A stretch of DNA of 64,000 bases from Geosiphon pyriformis uo1 (lineage: Eukaryota > Fungi > Glomeromycota), in contig JAAOMT010000200.1 in NCBI GenBank assembly GCA_016748015.1, forward strand, positions 246,984 to 310,983, given 5' to 3'. The notes below the pieces were generated by a model. The model saw only the letters and a program-made list of their open reading frames with translations. It was not told the DNA's origin and did no database searches. The number at the start of each line of letters is the position of its first letter. Position 1 is the stretch's first letter. Position numbers and translations under genes: made by a program. Below, one piece after another: positions 38,551-52,469 of this stretch.

Positions 38551-39186
38551 ATGGAAATACCAGATCATATTCACACTATAGCTTAACAACTGTTCTAGGT
38601 CTTAAGTCAACAACAGTTAGACATGGAAATTATTGTTAACAACCAAACAATTTGCTATTGAAACACCAAAAGAAAGACAAAGAATACCTCATATCAACGG
38701 TTACCAAAGAATGATAAAAACTGGTCAAATAACATAATAGAAAAAGTAAAGAACACTTTTGAGAAAATACCTATTATGGCACCAACAAAAAAACTTACAA
38801 AAAAGAATTGGAAGCAATAGACAGAACAACTTTCAATATCATATTGTTACTACCAGTTAAGTCGGAAGTTGAATATTCAGGAGTTGTATACCAACAAATT
38901 CAAGAGAATATTCAACCAAGACATAATACAACAAATTGAAGAATTTATTGAAAAGAAAACAAATTCAACACTACATGTTAAAACAATGTACCGACTATAC
39001 AACATATTTTGAAACTATCTAGAAATACTGTTACACTCTGACATGGAAACCATAATCATTAACCAATGGGGAAAAATGAACAATACATAAGTAGAAAACA
39101 TGAGAAACAGAGTTGAACAAACAATACTTGAAAAAAAAATATTGGAATTAATTCAAAATGAAAATTTTAACAAAGCTTAATATTAA
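38551..39186 (+). pseudogene. Unknown ~210-aa domain or ORF between the integrase and the PPT of A
   Basis: MEIPDHIHTIA...NF(N/D)(K/R)AQY* alignable with 61168-61797 and 24514-25153; internal stops are explicable as CAA/CGA/CAG>T. Confidence 0.75.
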
Positions 39187-39201
39187 AAAAGAAGGAGATA
39201 A

Positions 39202-39958
39202 TGTTACTCATAAAAAGAAAACAGATATAGAAAATAGCAGACCAATAAGAGAATAGTATTTAACACATAAGCACAATACTCAGCAATGTCAAAAATCATG
39301 ACACATTGCTCAAGAAATCATAGCACATCACTTGGAAATGTGAGCAATCTTGTAGAACATCAATTATGTATATATAGTGGTAACATTAAAAGTAGAAAAG
39401 ACAGACCTCTCAGTTTAGATTTGATCTAAGCAACCTTCTATTTACAAATATCAAATAAATAATTATTTACCATCCAAATTCACTTTCCATTATCAACACT
39501 TCATGTTGATAGTAATTAATACTTAACCACGCTGGAACAATAGCTCTTAATCATGGCTATTGACGGGATACTAACTTGCAATTGCTTTTGTTTACTTCTT
39601 TATTTTCTTTTATTTTCTTTTATTTCTTTTTGTTATTTTTTTGGTTTTACTAAATTGATTAAGAATTAAGCACTAAGATACAGACATTATAGGAACTAGT
39701 AAAAGATCTGTGAAACAAGGGTAGAATACTTATAGATTTGAGGATAGTTTACCAGGAGGATTACTGGCCACTACACTGAGAAAGAAATTCAACAGAATTG
39801 TAATTCCAGAAGGCTACTGAAAACAACTATTAAATCTCTGTTCATTATACAAAGAACTCTACAACCAAAACCTTCAGATATTAACACCTAAGTACTAACT
39901 AAGCACCAAGTTACAGATTTGTTATTTGACTTGAGACCCCAAATAATCATCTATAACA
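39202..39958 (+). repeat. 3' LTR of A, preceded by PPT (39185-39201)
   Basis: AAAAAAGAAGGAGATAA|TGTTAC...TATAACA. Confidence 0.95.
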
Positions 39959-42564
39959 CCATACATGTACCAAAACATTTGATAATATATAGAATTATGT
40001 GATAGTTGTTAAAAAAAAAGGAACTCATCTTATTGAATTTTTAAATTCAAATAAAGTTGAACAACTTTTTAACAAAGTGAAAAACAATTTAGTTAGACTA
40101 CTACTTATTACTACTTAAAAAAACTGTTATATTGTAATTGCAGTAGATTATCTTATCAAATGGCTTAAAGTTAAAGCTATTTTAAGAACAAACACAAAAT
40201 TAATAGCAAATTTTATCTATAAAAACATTATTTGTAGACATGAATATTCAATTAAACTTCTATCTAATCAAGAAACATACTTTGTAAACAACTTGATACA
40301 AAAAATTTGTAAATAATTCAATTTTAAATAACTTCTATTATTATTATATTATTCATAAACAAATAGATTAGTGGAATATTTTAACCAAATATTATGTGAA
40401 TTACTAGAAAATTTCAATTAATTTTGAGCAGAAATAAAATATTTTTATTCTATCAATATTTTTAATATATAGAATACTAAAACAAAATACAATAAAGCAC
40501 ATACTATTTGATTTAACTTATAAAAAAACAACAATATTATTAGTCAATTTTACTGTAAAAACATATTTAGTACAACTAATTACAAAAAAAAACTTTCAAA
40601 AAAACATTTTAATAAAGAGTTTATACTCTTTTTAGCACATTAGAAAAAAAATAACAAATTGCAGCCACTTATATTAAATACTTTTAAATACAACAAAAAA
40701 ATGGCATAATAACAAATTGCCACTTATTACTAACAAATTTAAAATTAGAAATAAAATTTTTTTACATAAAACTAAAGCTAAAAAACAATGAAATAAAAAA
40801 TTTGATCACAAATAGAATAAACTATTTTATATTTACAAAGTTCTAGACAATAGATTATATAAATTAAGACTTGATAACAAAGTTTTAGCCAAAGTTGTAT
40901 ATAAAGATTAATTAAAGCATTATTATTTTAGAAACAATCTTGAACTATTAATTTCACAAATTGGTACATATTTTTTTTAATTAATCTTGAAAATATTTCC
41001 TAAAATTTAGAACTAATAATTATAATAAAACAACAACCAAATCTGAACATTTAATTTAATTTTATTAGTATTTTTTTAAAATAATTCAAAAATATTAAAC
41101 AAAAATAATAAAATAATCACCAAAAAATATTTAAACCAAAAATATATAAAACTTTTATACCAAAAATAATTTTTTTTTTATTTTTTTATTTCTAAAAAAT
41201 TAATTTAAATTCTATTTAACTTTATAATGTTTATTTTCTGAAACATTTAACAAATATTCCAAAAATTAATATTAGCTTTAAAAACATTTTTTGACTTATT
41301 TATAATTATCAATGAAAATCAAATCAATTATACTTATAAAAAAACTATAGTCTTAATAGTAAATAATTCCCAAAAATATTATCCTTATAGAAAAAACATA
41401 AGAAATTATTCTGAAAGTCAATTATTAAAACTTTTAAAGCAAGCTTTAAAAGAAAACTTATTGTTTATATTTATTGATATTTTTTTAAATGCTATAATAC
41501 AACAAAAACTTCAAATGTGTTTTAATAAAAACAGTAAATATACTTCTAGTTATCAATATTTCCAAATTAGAAAACATTATACCAACAGAAACTAGAATTC
41601 AAAGCAACTAATATTTATTCTAAAGCTATATAAAAGTGAATACACAATAAATTCAAGACAACAGCTTGATCAACAAATGCTTATTATAAACTTAAAACAG
41701 TTTTTAAACTCTATAACTTATTTAACATATGTGAAAATATCCTACAAAATTTAATACTTTAACCAATAAAAATTCAATATATTAACAAGCTTACAAAATT
41801 GAAATTTTAACAATTTTCAGACCAAATTACTTTAATAATTTAGAATTACTATCTCAAAATTACAAATAATGCTTGGACTTTAATAGAACTTAGTTTTAAG
41901 AAGAAAATTATGTTACCAGTAGAATTTTAGTTATTAACTAGCATGAAATTACTCTTATAATTTCTATTATTAATTAATATATATTAATATTATTTCAATT
42001 ATTACTTATTACTTAAATCAAATTATTGAATATTACTATTTAATTAATAACCAAATTTATATAATAAAAATTAGGATGATTAAATGACACAATACTCTAA
42101 ACTATTTAATATTTAAAAATTTGCTAAAATTTACAAAAATTTACCAAAATAATAGATAGTTTATCAAAATAGTTTATAATTTGATGAAATAACTTGTAAT
42201 TTATTAAAATATATTTTAAATTTGTCAAAATTATAGCAAAAAAAAAGTTCAAGTTTATAAACTAGTACTATAACAAATTGTATAAAAGAAAAGCTTCTTT
42301 TTTTGAGAAAAAATATTTTATTTTATTTTCTTTAGAATTAGCTTACAATATAAATTCAAAATAAAAATATACTTTAAAAACCAATTTTCGAAATAATTAC
42401 ACTTGAAATTCTCTAAAACCCAATTAACATTTTGAAATTAATTAGCTACCAATTTTAGTAAATATTAGTAACTTTAAACCTAAACCAGAAAACAATTTTC
42501 TTAACAAAATTTCATTACTTTTATATTTCTTTTGTTTTTTTTTGTTTTTTTATTATAATTATTA

Positions 42565-45130
42565 ATGTGGCCCTATTCTTAAATAGTTTAAGCTTTCTGT
42601 TAACTTTTTTAGTGGTATAGCTTTCTTTCCTACTTGCTCCTTTTTTTTAAGTAATATTAGACCTTTAATATTTTTGAATCAAATAAGTTTGAATTGGTTT
42701 ATGGTTGTTTATCAAATGTTAATGTTGGTAGTTTGTCTGTCTATATAGATGAATTTCTAAAAAACTTGGAGACAACCAACATAATGGCTAGTGCTGTGGT
42801 TTTTTTTGAAGATGTTAATTTAGGTCTGGGTGTTAAAATTTTTGGCTTGATGTCTTTTATATTAATAGAGTTGCAGGCTATTGTGTTGGTTCTTAAGTGT
42901 ATTCTTCTCCATAACTTAGTTCAATTATTTACAGACGATCAAACAGTTTTAGATACATGCAAATTAGAATTAAGTTTGGTGTATTCAGATTTTCAGAATT
43001 AGTGTTGAATTAAATGATAACATATCATAAATCTAATTTATAGCAAGAATTTGAATTTTAGCTGGCACAAAGTAAGAAATCACTCAAGTATTTTGGGTAA
43101 TAAATGTACTAATGCACTTGTTGACACTATATTTCTTTGTAATTAGTGCTTTTTTCTCTAATTAAAAAATTTTTATGTTAAAACTAATAGTAGTAATGTT
43201 TTTGGTAATTCTAAATATTTTGTTTATAAGGTTTTTTAGTCTGTTTATTGTACATATTAGGAGATTAGATCTGTGTTTAAGGTTTTGGTTAGTTGTTTGC
43301 TCTTGGACATTAATTGGCTTAGTTTATCTTTGATGTGGCATCCTAACTTGTACATAACTACTGGTTTTACTACTATTATTTGTACTTATTTTATGAAAGT
43401 TTTGCACTATTGACTACTTATTGCTATTTAAAAAAATCTGTATAACAAATGCTATTTCAGTATAACATGGTTGTATTATGGTAATATTAAGGTCTTAGAC
43501 CATGTTTTTTTTTGTGCAATTAACAATTTTGTTTGTCATCATTTGTTGGATGCCTATGTAAATGCTTAAAGAGTGCTTTCTGGTCTTCTTCATTTTTTTC
43601 ATGTGTATTTCAGCTAATGTTCTCTTGCATTTTTGATGCTATAGTGTGTATGGCTTTTTGCAAGAGCTTTGTCTTTAATGGTTGGGATCAAAAAGCTGTT
43701 TCTGTCTTTGGTAATTCCAAAGTTGTGAATCTAATAATTGTGAGCTTTGTGTGTAATTTCTGTTTTGCTTTTAGAAAAAAAATTTTGTTGGTTTGTGCTA
43801 GACATTATGTCTTTATAAAGAAGAATGAGCTGATTTCACATAATAGTTCAGCTCTTGTTTCTATTTTTAGATTGTTTATAGTGCTTTCTACTAGTGTAAT
43901 TAAATTGCTTGATATTACTAAGACATTTAGTATTAGTTTTGGTTTATGTAAGTCTTGTTTTTTTTTAGGCATTAGAGATTCAATTTTAATTTATGTAGAT
44001 GCATAGTATTGTCCTAATCAGTTCAAGTAACTAGTGTTATGAGTAAACTAAGTGAGATATGATGATAACATTTGGTGTTCAAAATTTGAGTTTCTAAGAA
44101 GCTTTTGATAATTTTTTTTTAGTAGGCTTGTTTGATGTATTAGTGTTATTAGTTTCTGAAAGTCTGTTTAATTGATATAAATTTACTCATAGAGTTTTTT
44201 AGTTATAAGGCACAGAGAAATATTTCACAGTATTACAACTTCTTATATGTGAATGTAAGCTATCTTTTCCAAACTAACAAGTACAGTTATTAGAGTCTAA
44301 TAGTGTTTTTTCACCTTTCTAATAAGCTATTAAGATAATATTAATATCTAAACTTAGAAGTAGCTTCTTTTTTTTACTAGACTATTATAAAGTCTATTTT
44401 TAGACAGTCAATTTTCTTATGTTGCCACTTTATAAGAGAGAATAAAATAAAAAAAATAAAAAAAAAATAAAAAAAGATAAATTAATATTATTAATTGCTG
44501 TGATCAAGAGTGATTGATCCAAATTATTAAGGGTTTGAGATATTTATGCTAAGAATATTTGTTCTAGAATGAAAGTATGAAACAAAGATTAGTTTGATTT
44601 AAACATGGGATAATTGATGACTATGTATTAATAATTTCGAGTTTTCAAATAAGTTCTTTATTTTTGTAAAATGTAATAATTATAAGAAAAAAGAAAATTG
44701 ATTCTTTTTTTGGCTGTCTTTCTAACTTCTATAACTATTTATTTTTATATATTTTTTTTGGTTCTACAGGATCGTTTCATTTTTGTTAGCTATTGCTTCA
44801 CTATTTCTGTTATTGCCTTGTTTTTCTATATTATTACTAGTTATTTTATGTTTCAACTAGTTATTTTATGCTATAATATGTTATTAAGTTTTGTATTATG
44901 TTATCTTAAGTTATTACATATTATTTTGTATTCTTTTATATTATTTTGTGTTATTTTATGTTATTCCATTTTTGGTCACATTTTCTTCATAATTTTGGAT
45001 TGATTTTTTTACTTGGGTAATACTAGTCATGTGTAAAAAAAGCATAATTTACATCTAATTTAAATCACTTATATAATGTATTATATTAAGCAATATGTAA
45101 ACTTTACTTGTTAAATTAAATAAAATAAAA
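42565..45130 (+). mobile_element. 5'-truncated LINE (RNase H, CCHC, 3' UTR, A-rich tail) inserted in the 3' LTR of E
   Basis: SLSVYIDE...ELQAIVLVL...FTDDQTV homologous to 7600-7870; probable TSD ATAATTATTA at 42555-42564 / 45131-45140. Confidence 0.85.
44035..45022 (-). repeat. Solo LTR, family 3, in the LINE 3' UTR
   Basis: TGTTAT...GTAATA termini; perfect TSD CTAG (44031-44034 / 45023-45026); flanks rejoin into a 3' UTR homologous to 8900-9010; orientation inferred from the CTCTTGATCACAGC motif shared with family 1. Confidence 0.82.
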
Positions 45131-45446
45131 ATAATTATTATTAAAATAGTCTACAGACAAAATTCTTGTAGAAAAGTTAACTTTTACAACAAAGTAACTA
45201 CACATTTCAGTAAGTTTTCAGATAAGCAATTTCTAAGAAAGAGTTGATATTTTCTATAAGATAACTAAACAAAATAATTGGCATAAAATTGGTTATTTTA
45301 CTTATAAACCCAGTGATTCAAATTATAGAAGATAATTTGAAAATAAATTCAGTTATCAGAGGTTTACTAGTTTTCAGAAAACGTAAATTAATAGCAAACA
45401 AACATTAACAGTATTTAAAAAAAGAAACCAAAAATTTTTGATAACA

Positions 45447-48297
45447 GTATAAAGCATTTAACTTTGTTAGTTAACACTATTTAAAAGCTAGTTTGCAGCA
45501 TATTAAAATATATAAAAAATTTATTGATTTTTTTGGCAGTATTTATAAGAATAAAATAAATAAAATTATAATAGAGTTTAGTTTTACAGATAAATATTAA
45601 GTATATAATAAACTGGATTATAATAAAATGTTCTTTTCCTTTTTTTTAAAAATCTTCTATGATCTTTTTTTGTAAGATTAAGAGACATAAATATTTGTGT
45701 AAATATTGAATTAATACCAGATTTGTGACCAAAATAGATAAAATAAAAGTTAAAAAAAATAAAACTTTTTTTCTATAGTTAAGTGTTTTTTTTAAAAATA
45801 CTATTTAGATTAAAAATAGCCAAGTCTTTACACAATATATTTTGGACATTGCAAGTAAATTTTTTTTATTTAATAATATTTTAATTAACAATAATAAGAC
45901 AGTAGTTATTTTTATTAATCAAAAGATTAAAAATACTTCTTTAAAAATCAGCATTTTGCCAATTTCAATTGTCAAATATAATATGTTACATAAACATTTG
46001 AGAATTTTTTTGTCAACAAATAATTTGTCTAAACCCAGTTTGGTTAAAGCTTAATCTAATATTAGGTTTTTTTCGAATATAATATTTAAGAAAGCTATTA
46101 CAGATAAATAATTTTCTTATTTGGTTTTGGCTGTTTTATAGTCTATAGTTGAATATCAATCACAATTCAGCTTTATTTTACCTAAAACATATTGCCACTA
46201 AAATGTTTTAATCAGAAAAGATTTTAAGTTAAAAGCTGATTTATCTTGTAACTTTTTTAATGATGCATTTTATTATTATTTTTTATATAATCTTAAGATA
46301 TTTGAACAAGTTCAACCTAAAATAAGATTACTTTAACTGTTGCTTTTGCAAATGCTGCTGGAATTTCAGTTGGTTTTTTGATCACAGATTTTTAGATTTG
46401 CAAATTCTGGACTAGACATTTTTGAATTCCTTGTAATATTTAATTAAGTTATATATTAGTCCTTTTAACAATTTTTTGGCTGAAATAGTGTATTTTTTTA
46501 GACAATAATCTGTTATTAGTAAATAATTTGCTTTGTATATTCCTTAATCCTAGCAGATTTTTTATGTTAAGTGTTTTAAAAACTTTATTGTACTTTAATA
46601 AGATTGGTTTCTTAAAGAAATTTGATATGGTTTTTATAATAAACTTTTAAATAAGTAGAACAGAGTTATGAATTAAAAAACTTTCTGTTATTAAAAGAGA
46701 CTAAATCTTAAAGAGCTTGTGTTTTTTTAATTTATTTTGATATTAAAGTTTTTGTATGATACTAATTTTATATTAGTATTTTTTGGTGTAATTCCTGAAT
46801 TAGCAAATAATAATATTTTGTTAACAAATAAATTTTTAATATTAAAAAAACATTTACATAAGATTTAGTTGAATTTAGTTAATGTATACAATAATAAATC
46901 TTTAAAAGTTTGAGGTTTTTTGTTATTGTAAATAAAACTGCTGCTTATTTTTTTAAAATAAATTTAGAATTGGGTTTAAAATTTATAAGTTGTTGTTTTT
47001 AATACTAATTAAGCTGCAAACTGTTGTTTTTTTTCTAAAATGCATGCTTTTTTTCTGCACTGTAATTGTGTACTTGGATAGTTAAATTATCATAAATATA
47101 TACATATTAAAATTGAAGCTTTTGGGGCTTAATTTTTACAATTGCTGTTGGATAAAAAGAAAACATATTGTAAACTTGTTCAGAAATAAAAAAATTTTTG
47201 TAATGTGGTCAAAAATTAAGGGACATTTAAGAGTTTTAAGCAATATTTATACTAATACTCTAATAAATAAGACTGTATATTTATCTATATTGCTATCTAA
47301 CAATATATATGAATGTTTTATTAAGGCCAATAATTTGATAGTATTTAGTAATATTCATTATTTTGTTTATAATATATATAGATCTGTAAGTTATATTTAT
47401 TAGAAAGCTGAATTTAATTTTAAAGTAATTAAAAGATTCTTGGTTTATAAGATTGATTGGATTTAAACTACTATAGTATAGCATCTAGATTTACATATGC
47501 TTTCAGGTTTTACTAGTAAGGCTTTAACTGATTTATGCACATATTTTATAAAAACAATTCATAGAAGATTGTCAGTTATAGTTAAAAAAAAACTTTATAA
47601 TAAAGATTATTAAGACATTTTATGTTTACAATATAAAGAAATTTAATTTTCTAATCATATATTTACATGTTTAGAAAAGATCAACTCTTGTAAAAGAATA
47701 ATATTAGATCTAATTTTGGTTTGGAAGTTCTTAATAAGATTTTATGCTCTGTTATTTTTTGTAGTAATAGATTTTTTTCTATTATATATATTGAATATTA
47801 AATTATATGCACTTTTTTATAAAAACTTTATGCTTAAAAATTAATATTATAAAGCTGTATAGGCATTTGATAATTATAAAAAAGCTGTTTATATATTGAT
47901 TAATTTTGTGTATAGATTAAGTAAACATTATTACTCAGATTTGTAGAGATCTAAATTTAAATATAAGACTTATATAAAAAGACATAAGTTGATTGAAAAT
48001 AATAAAGTAGTACCTAGTGTTTCTTATATTTTGGTAGCAGAATTATCAAATAAAATGATTAGATTAATTAATATTGACAAGTTATTTAATATTATTTTTG
48101 GTTTTTATAAGTTTTATTTATTTTTTTTAAGTTTAAATAGTAAAATTTCTGTTTATATAAGTGTATGGTATTGTTTTAATTGGTTTAAATAACTGATTAT
48201 ACATAGAAAAAGTGTAAATTACATCTAGTTAAGACTTTTAGCTTTGGTTCTGTATACTAAATAGTAATTAAACTATATTTATTAAATTTAAAAAAAA
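45447..48297 (+). mobile_element. LINE 3' part (RT C-half, RNase H, CCHC, 3' UTR, poly-A), probably the continuation of LINE-2w
   Basis: Starts YKAFNFVS (equivalent to RKAYDSVG); LDIASKFF...NNNKTVVI; LSKPSLVKA; same heavy degradation as 10905-13825. Confidence 0.8.
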
Positions 48298-49403
48298 TTA
48301 AATGTTTAATAAGAACTTTTAACAAGTTAAATTAAGTTAAGTTTTAAGATTTAACTTAAAAATTTTATATTTTAAAAAATTAGGTAGAATTTAATAGTTT
48401 ATAACTTAATTTAACTTATTATTTATTATATATAAAAATTTTATTGGTAAAATTTTTATTTTTATTAATAAAATTATATTATATTTATTTTATTTTATAT
48501 TTTTAGTTATTAAAAATTTATTAATGAACAAGTTAAATAAATAATAAATAAATAATAAAAGCATTTTTCATAATTAAAAATATTTATTTATAAAAGTTAT
48601 ATTTAGTTTTTTTATTATTAAATTGCTTATAAATTTTAAATTCATGGTTTTTTTTTAATTATAATAATTATAATATCTATTTTAATATTATTGTTATTTT
48701 TTAAACTAAAAAAAATAAAAATAAAATTTAATTTATTTATATATAAAACTTAATAAATTAGATATAAATTAAAGAAAGTTAATTTAATTTTTTTGAAGTT
48801 TTATTTCTAATTATTAAAATAATAAAATTTTAAATAATAAAATCTTAAATAATAAAATCAAAAATTTTTGTGTTTTAAATAATATTAATTAAAATTACTA
48901 TAAAAAAATTAGTTTTTTAATTAAATAAATTGTTAAAACTAAAAAATATAATATTTAAAAAGTAATTTTTATATTGTTTTAATAGTTTCATTTAAAAATA
49001 TTTTAAGCTTTTTGATGTCTTTGAATATAAAAATTAAATTTTTTTTATATTTACTTAAATTTTATTATTTAATATAAATTAATATAATAATTTTATAAAT
49101 AAGTTAAATTAATAACTATTGTTTTAATTTATTAATTTAAGCTTTAAATAAGTTTTTTGCTTTGTTTTTTATTTTTAAAATTTTTTTTAAAATTTTTATA
49201 ATTTAACTTTTGAATTTTTTTAAATAATTATTAATTTATTATTAAATATAATAGATATATTTTTAAACTTCTTTCTCTTATTCATCCCAAAATTCCCAAA
49301 AAAAGTCAATAGTTTTTTTGAAAGAAGTTTTTTTATCATTTAGTATAATAAAACCAAACCATTTTTTGATTTCGAGGCCACTGTTGGCTCTAGTATTGTT
49401 GTC

Positions 49404-51193
49404 ATGAAGAAGGTAGTTAAAGAGTCTGGCTTTGGCAGAGGTTTCAAGCCTGTTTTGTCAAGGAAGAAGAAAAAAGATGTCACTTTGAAGAATGGTGTTG
49501 GTAACAAAAAGGTGCTTACTAAGGTATCAAGTAGTCATTTTTGGAGTTCTGAGACTAGTAACACTACAAGGTCTAAAAGCATCAATATAGAAGAAGAATA
49601 TCTAGTTGAGAAAACCAGCTTTGACTATGATAAAGGTGGTACTATTATTAATGGGGATTATGATCATACACTTAAAGAGCCAAGTGTCAAAATTACTAAA
49701 TTATTGGGCAAGCCATTGGGTAAAATAAATTTCTCAAATTGTGGTGATGATGATGATGTTCTCTTAGATACTTTTCTGGAGCTTTCCCCTTCCTTGAGGA
49801 ATTTGGTCACTGTTTCTGTTAGAAAATCTTTTGCTTTAGATATTGGCTTAGATAAAGTGGTTGAGAAATTTTTTCAAGAAAAGCTAATAATAATTAGAAA
49901 ATTATTTTCAAAAGTTAATGGTTTTGGAGAGACTTCTACCCCCTCAAAATTTGTTGGGATCATCAGAGCGACATTTACTTCTGAAATAAGTTTGGTGCAG
50001 ACTTCTAAAAAAGCTGAGGAAGTGAAAATCTTAGTGAACACCAATCTCAAAAAATTATTTGGGCACTCAGATTGGGCTGTGGTAGTGAAAAAAATCCTTA
50101 TTGGGACTTCAGCTAAGGCTGTATGTGCTGTGCTATCTAAATATAATACAATAGTGTCAATCAAAATACAATTGGTAGATTTGTGGCAAAAAGTTATAGT
50201 CAAATTTGGTAAGGTTGAGCAGACTGATTTGGTCGCAGCTTGTTGGTCTATCCTAATTAAGAAGGATACTGTGTATATAGCCAGGGCTGATCAAGAAAAA
50301 AATTATGGGATTTAAGAGATCATCATAGGGTGCTGTTCTATACTTTGCCAATAAAAACAAATGCTTATAATGTCTGGGACTTTATTGGTTCTGTGGGTGG
50401 GAAAACATGTGTGATTGATTGTCATCTAATTATATATGCTTGAGTTAGATGTGCTGTTGTTTGTTTTGAATCAGCTGAATTCTTGGATGTCATCATGGAA
50501 ACTACTTTAGTTTTGAAGAGCGTAAAATTGCATTGGTTTTGTATAGGTTTTTCTAAATGTGCTAAGTGTGAGAAAATAGGTCATACTTTTTTAAACTGTG
50601 CTGTTAGTGGGAATATTCTTTTGGGTGGCTCAGTGCATAAGATGTTTTCAGATGCTAATAAAAGCAGACTGGCTACAATTTATGCCAAGCATTTGGCTCC
50701 AGTTGCTTATCCAGTCTCTTTTGGTGGCCTTTTTTGAGCAAAAATTGCTGGTAGATCTGTTTTTCCCCCTCTCTCTGGTCAGAATGGGTTGGCAAATATT
50801 GGCTCTTTTTCAGAGATGAAGTCATCTCTACCAGTTATATTGAATGTTAGTAATAGGTTCACTGCTCTTAAGCACAGTCTGGCCAGCCTTGTAGAGCATA
50901 TTGATAAGCTGGCTAAGAAGATAGACATATCTGGACCAATAGTTTCCCAGCTTAGTCCTGAATGTCAGCCATTGGTGATCTTTTCATCACAGAATCAAAG
51001 AGTGAATATAATAATGAGTAAGAGTTTAGGTGTGATCACTAGTGATAAGACTGTTGTAGGGGTGGTGGTTTTCAATTCTTCAGTTATTGGGAAAATAGAA
51101 GACACTTTAAGAAATCTTGCTATTATGATTATAAGCCTTTTGGCCAAAATGAACAATACTGGTTTGGTTCCTGTTGCTTCTTCCCCTCAATGA
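49404..51193 (+). pseudogene. LINE-3w ORF1
   Basis: RKSFALDIGL, TPSKFVGIIRATFTSE, CAKCEKIGHTFLNC knuckle. Confidence 0.88.
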
Positions 51194-52469
51194 CAGAGTT
51201 AGTATAGAAATTTGTTATGTGTAATGTTTGAGGTCTCAATGTTTCTGCTAAGCAGAAAGACATTGTTTATTGGCACAAAAAATCTGGGTATATGGTGTCT
51301 ATTATTACAGAAACAAAATTAAGATCTAATGTTAGGTCATAGATTATGAACAAGTTTGTTAAAGTGAGAATATTCTTTTCTGGGTTGGACAGAGATTTTT
51401 TTGGTGCTGGGGTAACAATTAATATGGACAATTTTCTTGCATGTCATGTTTTTAAGATTGAGAAAATTCCTGGTCATCTTATCTCTGTTTGGCTTCTTTT
51501 TAAAGGCAAGCTGTCGGTTGTGATTTTGGGTCTCTATGCTGGTGCTTCTGCTGAGACAAAGTTTGGTCAGACTTTGAAAATAAATTCTCTCATTTTTAAG
51601 GCTGTTAATTCCAGTACTTTTGTGGTTCTGTGTGGAGATTTTAATAAGAATGGTTTTGCAAAAAATATGAGTTTCAAGTTCTGTTTAGATTTGGGTCTGA
51701 CCAACTTATTTAGTGGTCATCTACTGGTTAAAGCTCCTACATGGGGCAATTCAAAAGATGTTGAAAAAACAATTAATTAAATTTTTGTCAGTAGTAGTTT
51801 GTCATTAGTGGTTGCTAGTTAAAAAATTAGTTCAGTTTTGGACTATTTTGACATTGATCACATGTCTGTTGGGGTCTCGATTGGTTTGGGTGAACTTTTG
51901 GATGTTTAATTAAATAGTTTGCGCAAACAAGCTAATAAGAATCATTGAAAATTCAAAATTGCTGATGCAAACAGTCCTGGATGGATTTGTTTTAAGGAAT
52001 ATACTTTTGTCAAGTTTTCTTCTGTGGTTAATGATTTCTCAGCTGCATGTAACAGTGAAGATTTTGATTCTATGTGATCTTTATTGGTAAAAGTGATAGT
52101 CAATTTGGCTGATAAGACATTTTTTAGGCATTGGTTTTATAAGATCAAATGCTCTTTTAACAAACAATCTTCTAAGTTTTTTAAGTTGGAACTGCTGATT
52201 GCTAAAGTAGTGAAGTTTTTTCAGTTTGGTGATGTGTCTAGAACAGATTTTCTGTTTGATGCTTGGTTTATTGCTGATAAGGAAAAAACTCTTGAGATCC
52301 AGAATATGTTGAATATTGGTTTCAGCAGTATAAATATTCTTAGTTACTTGTTTAAGGTTAAGAAAAATTACCATTGTTCCAAATGCATAAATCTAGAGCT
52401 GCTAAAGCTGTGGCTATAAGATATGCCATTGATAAGAGGATAGAGAACTTTTGCTCAGACAAAGACCAC
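51190..52469 (+). pseudogene. LINE-3w ORF2 N-part (APE endonuclease)
   Basis: KFVMCNV, IITETKL, VLCGDFN, APTWGNSKDVEKTIN. Confidence 0.88.

Larger units (their letters stand above)
29922..39958 (+). mobile_element. Full-length Ty3/Gypsy LTR retrotransposon A (family 1, dUTPase-containing), ~10.0 kb
   Basis: LTRs 29922-30787 and 39202-39958; PBS; PPT; TSD TTAT/CCAT; PR-RT-RH-IN order. Confidence 0.96.
27440..45446 (+). mobile_element. Gypsy family 2 element E (dUTPase, RT, RH, IN, 3' ORF remnant, 3' LTR 41911-45446), hosting element A, a LINE fragment and a solo LTR
   Basis: dUTPase remnant at 27441-27745 (RIALEI, YTGDIAIMLQN, KIAQTI, QDFGST); RFCVDY, VYLDNTDVY; IN split at HYFW|PYMY by A; PPT-like run at 41898-41910; LTR split at 42564/45131. 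Confidence 0.85.

Noticed and set aside
38551-39186. Post-integrase ORF as env or chromodomain
   Set aside because: No signal peptide, furin site or TM helix, and no chromodomain aromatic-cage pattern
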